Assembly (NCBI GenBank): GCA_043228905.1
Contig: JBHGNT010000015.1
Span: 6,014,001 to 6,078,000 of the forward strand
Direction of reading: 5' to 3'
DNA length: 64,000 bases
Source of the DNA: Azolla caroliniana
Taxonomy: Eukaryota; Plantae; Polypodiophyta
Shown: in pieces, positions 62,023 through 64,000 of the stretch
Layout: each line of letters begins with the position of its first letter
Position numbering within the stretch: position 1 is the stretch's first letter
The notes under the pieces: model-generated
The model's input: only the letters and a program-made list of their open reading frames with translations
Databases searched by the model: none
What the model was told of the DNA's origin: nothing
Translations under genes and position numbers: made by a program

Positions 62023-64000
62023 GTTCTCTATCGAATTCCTCGGCTATGTGATTTCACCCTCCGGGATCACAATGGATGCACGCAAGGTAGCGGCAATCAC
62101 CGGTTGGCGTGTCCCTACTCGGTTGAAAGAGGTACAATCATTTCTTGGTTTTGCAAATTTTTATCGACGATTTATCAATGTTTTTTCATCTTTAGTACAA
62201 CCTCTAATCATCCTTACAAGAAAAGATACTCTATTTCTTTGGACCTCTGCGGCACAACGTGCTTTTGATGCCCTCAAGGCAGCTTTTCTCACAACCCTAG
62301 TGTTGGTTCACCCCGACCCCACAAGGCCCTTCCGAGTCGAAACCGATGCCTCCGACTTTACCATTGGAGCTATCCTATCCCAACCAGACGACGAGGGCAC
62401 ACTATGTCCTGTTGGCTCTTACTCTCGGAAGTTTACCGCCCCGGAAATCAATTATCCAGTCTACGACAAGGAGTTGGCAGCAATCATATCTGCCTTCACC
62501 GAATGGCGACCCTATTTGGCTGGGGCCCAACATCGCATCTAGGTGCTAACCGACCACAAAAATCTAATTTACTTCACCACCAGTCGTACATTGAAGTGGA
62601 GGCAAGCCCGATGGTCATCTTTTCTCGCCGACTACGACTTTGAGATCTTGTTTCGACCTGGAGTTCAACATGTGAAAGCTGATGCCCTCTCTTGGCGACC
62701 TGATTTTGCATTGCGCCTAGGAGATGATGCATATTCACAACAATCCCATTGTTTGTTGCGGCCCGATCAACTTCAGATGTTCGCCACCTACATGTTACAT
62801 GATGATTCTTTGCTCAACGAGATCGCCACGGCAACCTTGTCAGACCCATTCGCCAAAGAAATCATGGGCCACATTAATGACCCATCTTCGGACATGAAAA
62901 GCTCATATCTCAACCAATTTACAACCTAGGATGGGTTACTATATCGTAATCATCTCTTGTACGTTCCCGAAGGATCATGTCATACACGGGTTCTACAAAA
63001 CTGTCATGATGATCCTCTTGTCGGCCACTTTGGGGTTACGAAAACCCTGGAATATCTCGAGGGTTTTGGTGGCCCCAACCTTGGAAATTTGTCAAGGAAT
63101 TTATCAAGACATGTGATGTATGTGCTCGGTCCAAAACGCCTCATCATCGGCCATATGGTCTTCTCCACCCTCTCCCCATTCCACGTCGACCATGGGTCTC
63201 TCTATCCATGGACTTTATCACCGACCTCCCTCTGGTTGGTGGACATGACACAGTGCTAGTCATTGTCGATCGGTTTTCAAACATGGCTCACTTTGTTCCA
63301 TGTTCCAAAACCATTTCCATGGAAGAGACTGTTGATCTTTTTCATAAAAATGTTGTTCAATTATACGGCTTACCCGAGGATATCACCTCTGATCGAGGTT
63401 CTCAGTTCATTTCCCACTTTTGGCGACAACTTCTACAAACATTCGGGACTTCTGTCAACTTGTCCTCAACATAGCATCCTCAAATTGATGGACAAATGGA
63501 GCGAGTCAATCAAATCCTCGAACAATACCTTCGGTGTACCAACAGGAGGATTGGGTGAACTTCCTTGCAATGGCAGAATTTGCTTAAAATAATAGTATCC
63601 ATGCTTCGACTAAGGTTTCCCCCTTCTTTGCAAACTATGGATTTCACCCTCATTTCAGCATTTCCATACCTGCAACTTCGGTCAATCCTTCGGTAGAGAC
63701 GTGTGCCCGTGCTTTACAGGATGTCCATCGTGACCTCTCCTTGGAGGTCCATGTTGCTGGTTTACCGACATCGCTTAGTTTACCGACGTTTGCAATCGGG
63801 GACATGGTTTGGTTGTTACGTCGTCGCATCTCCACCACACGTCCTTGTGCAAAATTGGACTACAAAAGACTAAGCTCCTTTCGTATCATCGAGTGGATCA
63901 ACCCAGTCGCCTTCCGGTTAGCACTTCCTCCAACATTTAGGATTCACAATGTTTTTCACGTTTCCCTCCTCGAACTCTACCATCCTTCTCGAATTCCAAG
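62023..64000 (+). mobile_element. Second Tcn1-like chromovirus pol fragment (RT end, RH, INT), continuing past the window
   Basis: EFLGYVISPSGI, ETDASDFTIG, SMDFITDLP, ITSDRGSQF, IHNVFHVSLL. Confidence 0.88.

Overview
Land-plant nuclear DNA, probably a non-seed plant such as a fern (inferred from the TE lineages), about 85% transposable elements. Positions 1-32141 are one Athila-like Ty3/gypsy element (- strand) inserted in the 3' LTR of a Tcn1-like chromovirus. It is split by four TSD-bounded insertions: a Tork/Tnt1-like copia holding a second copy of its own family, a solo LTR, and two further copia elements. Decayed chromovirus, copia and LINE pieces follow. The only intact host gene found is a 3-exon thioredoxin-like 3-3 gene (43815-46360, WCHAC active site, GC-AG first intron), absent from the ORF track as a complete CDS. 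The most unusual region is about 50.9-57.0 kb: a decayed DDD-type DNA transposase with a C-terminal BAH-like domain lies head-to-head with an intron-containing gene encoding a ParB/Srx-like domain fused to a beta-class (N4C/N6A-type) DNA methyltransferase, with an inverted-repeat array between them. The gypsy element also carries a second retropepsin-like domain downstream of integrase. All calls are from manual reading; no database searches were run.
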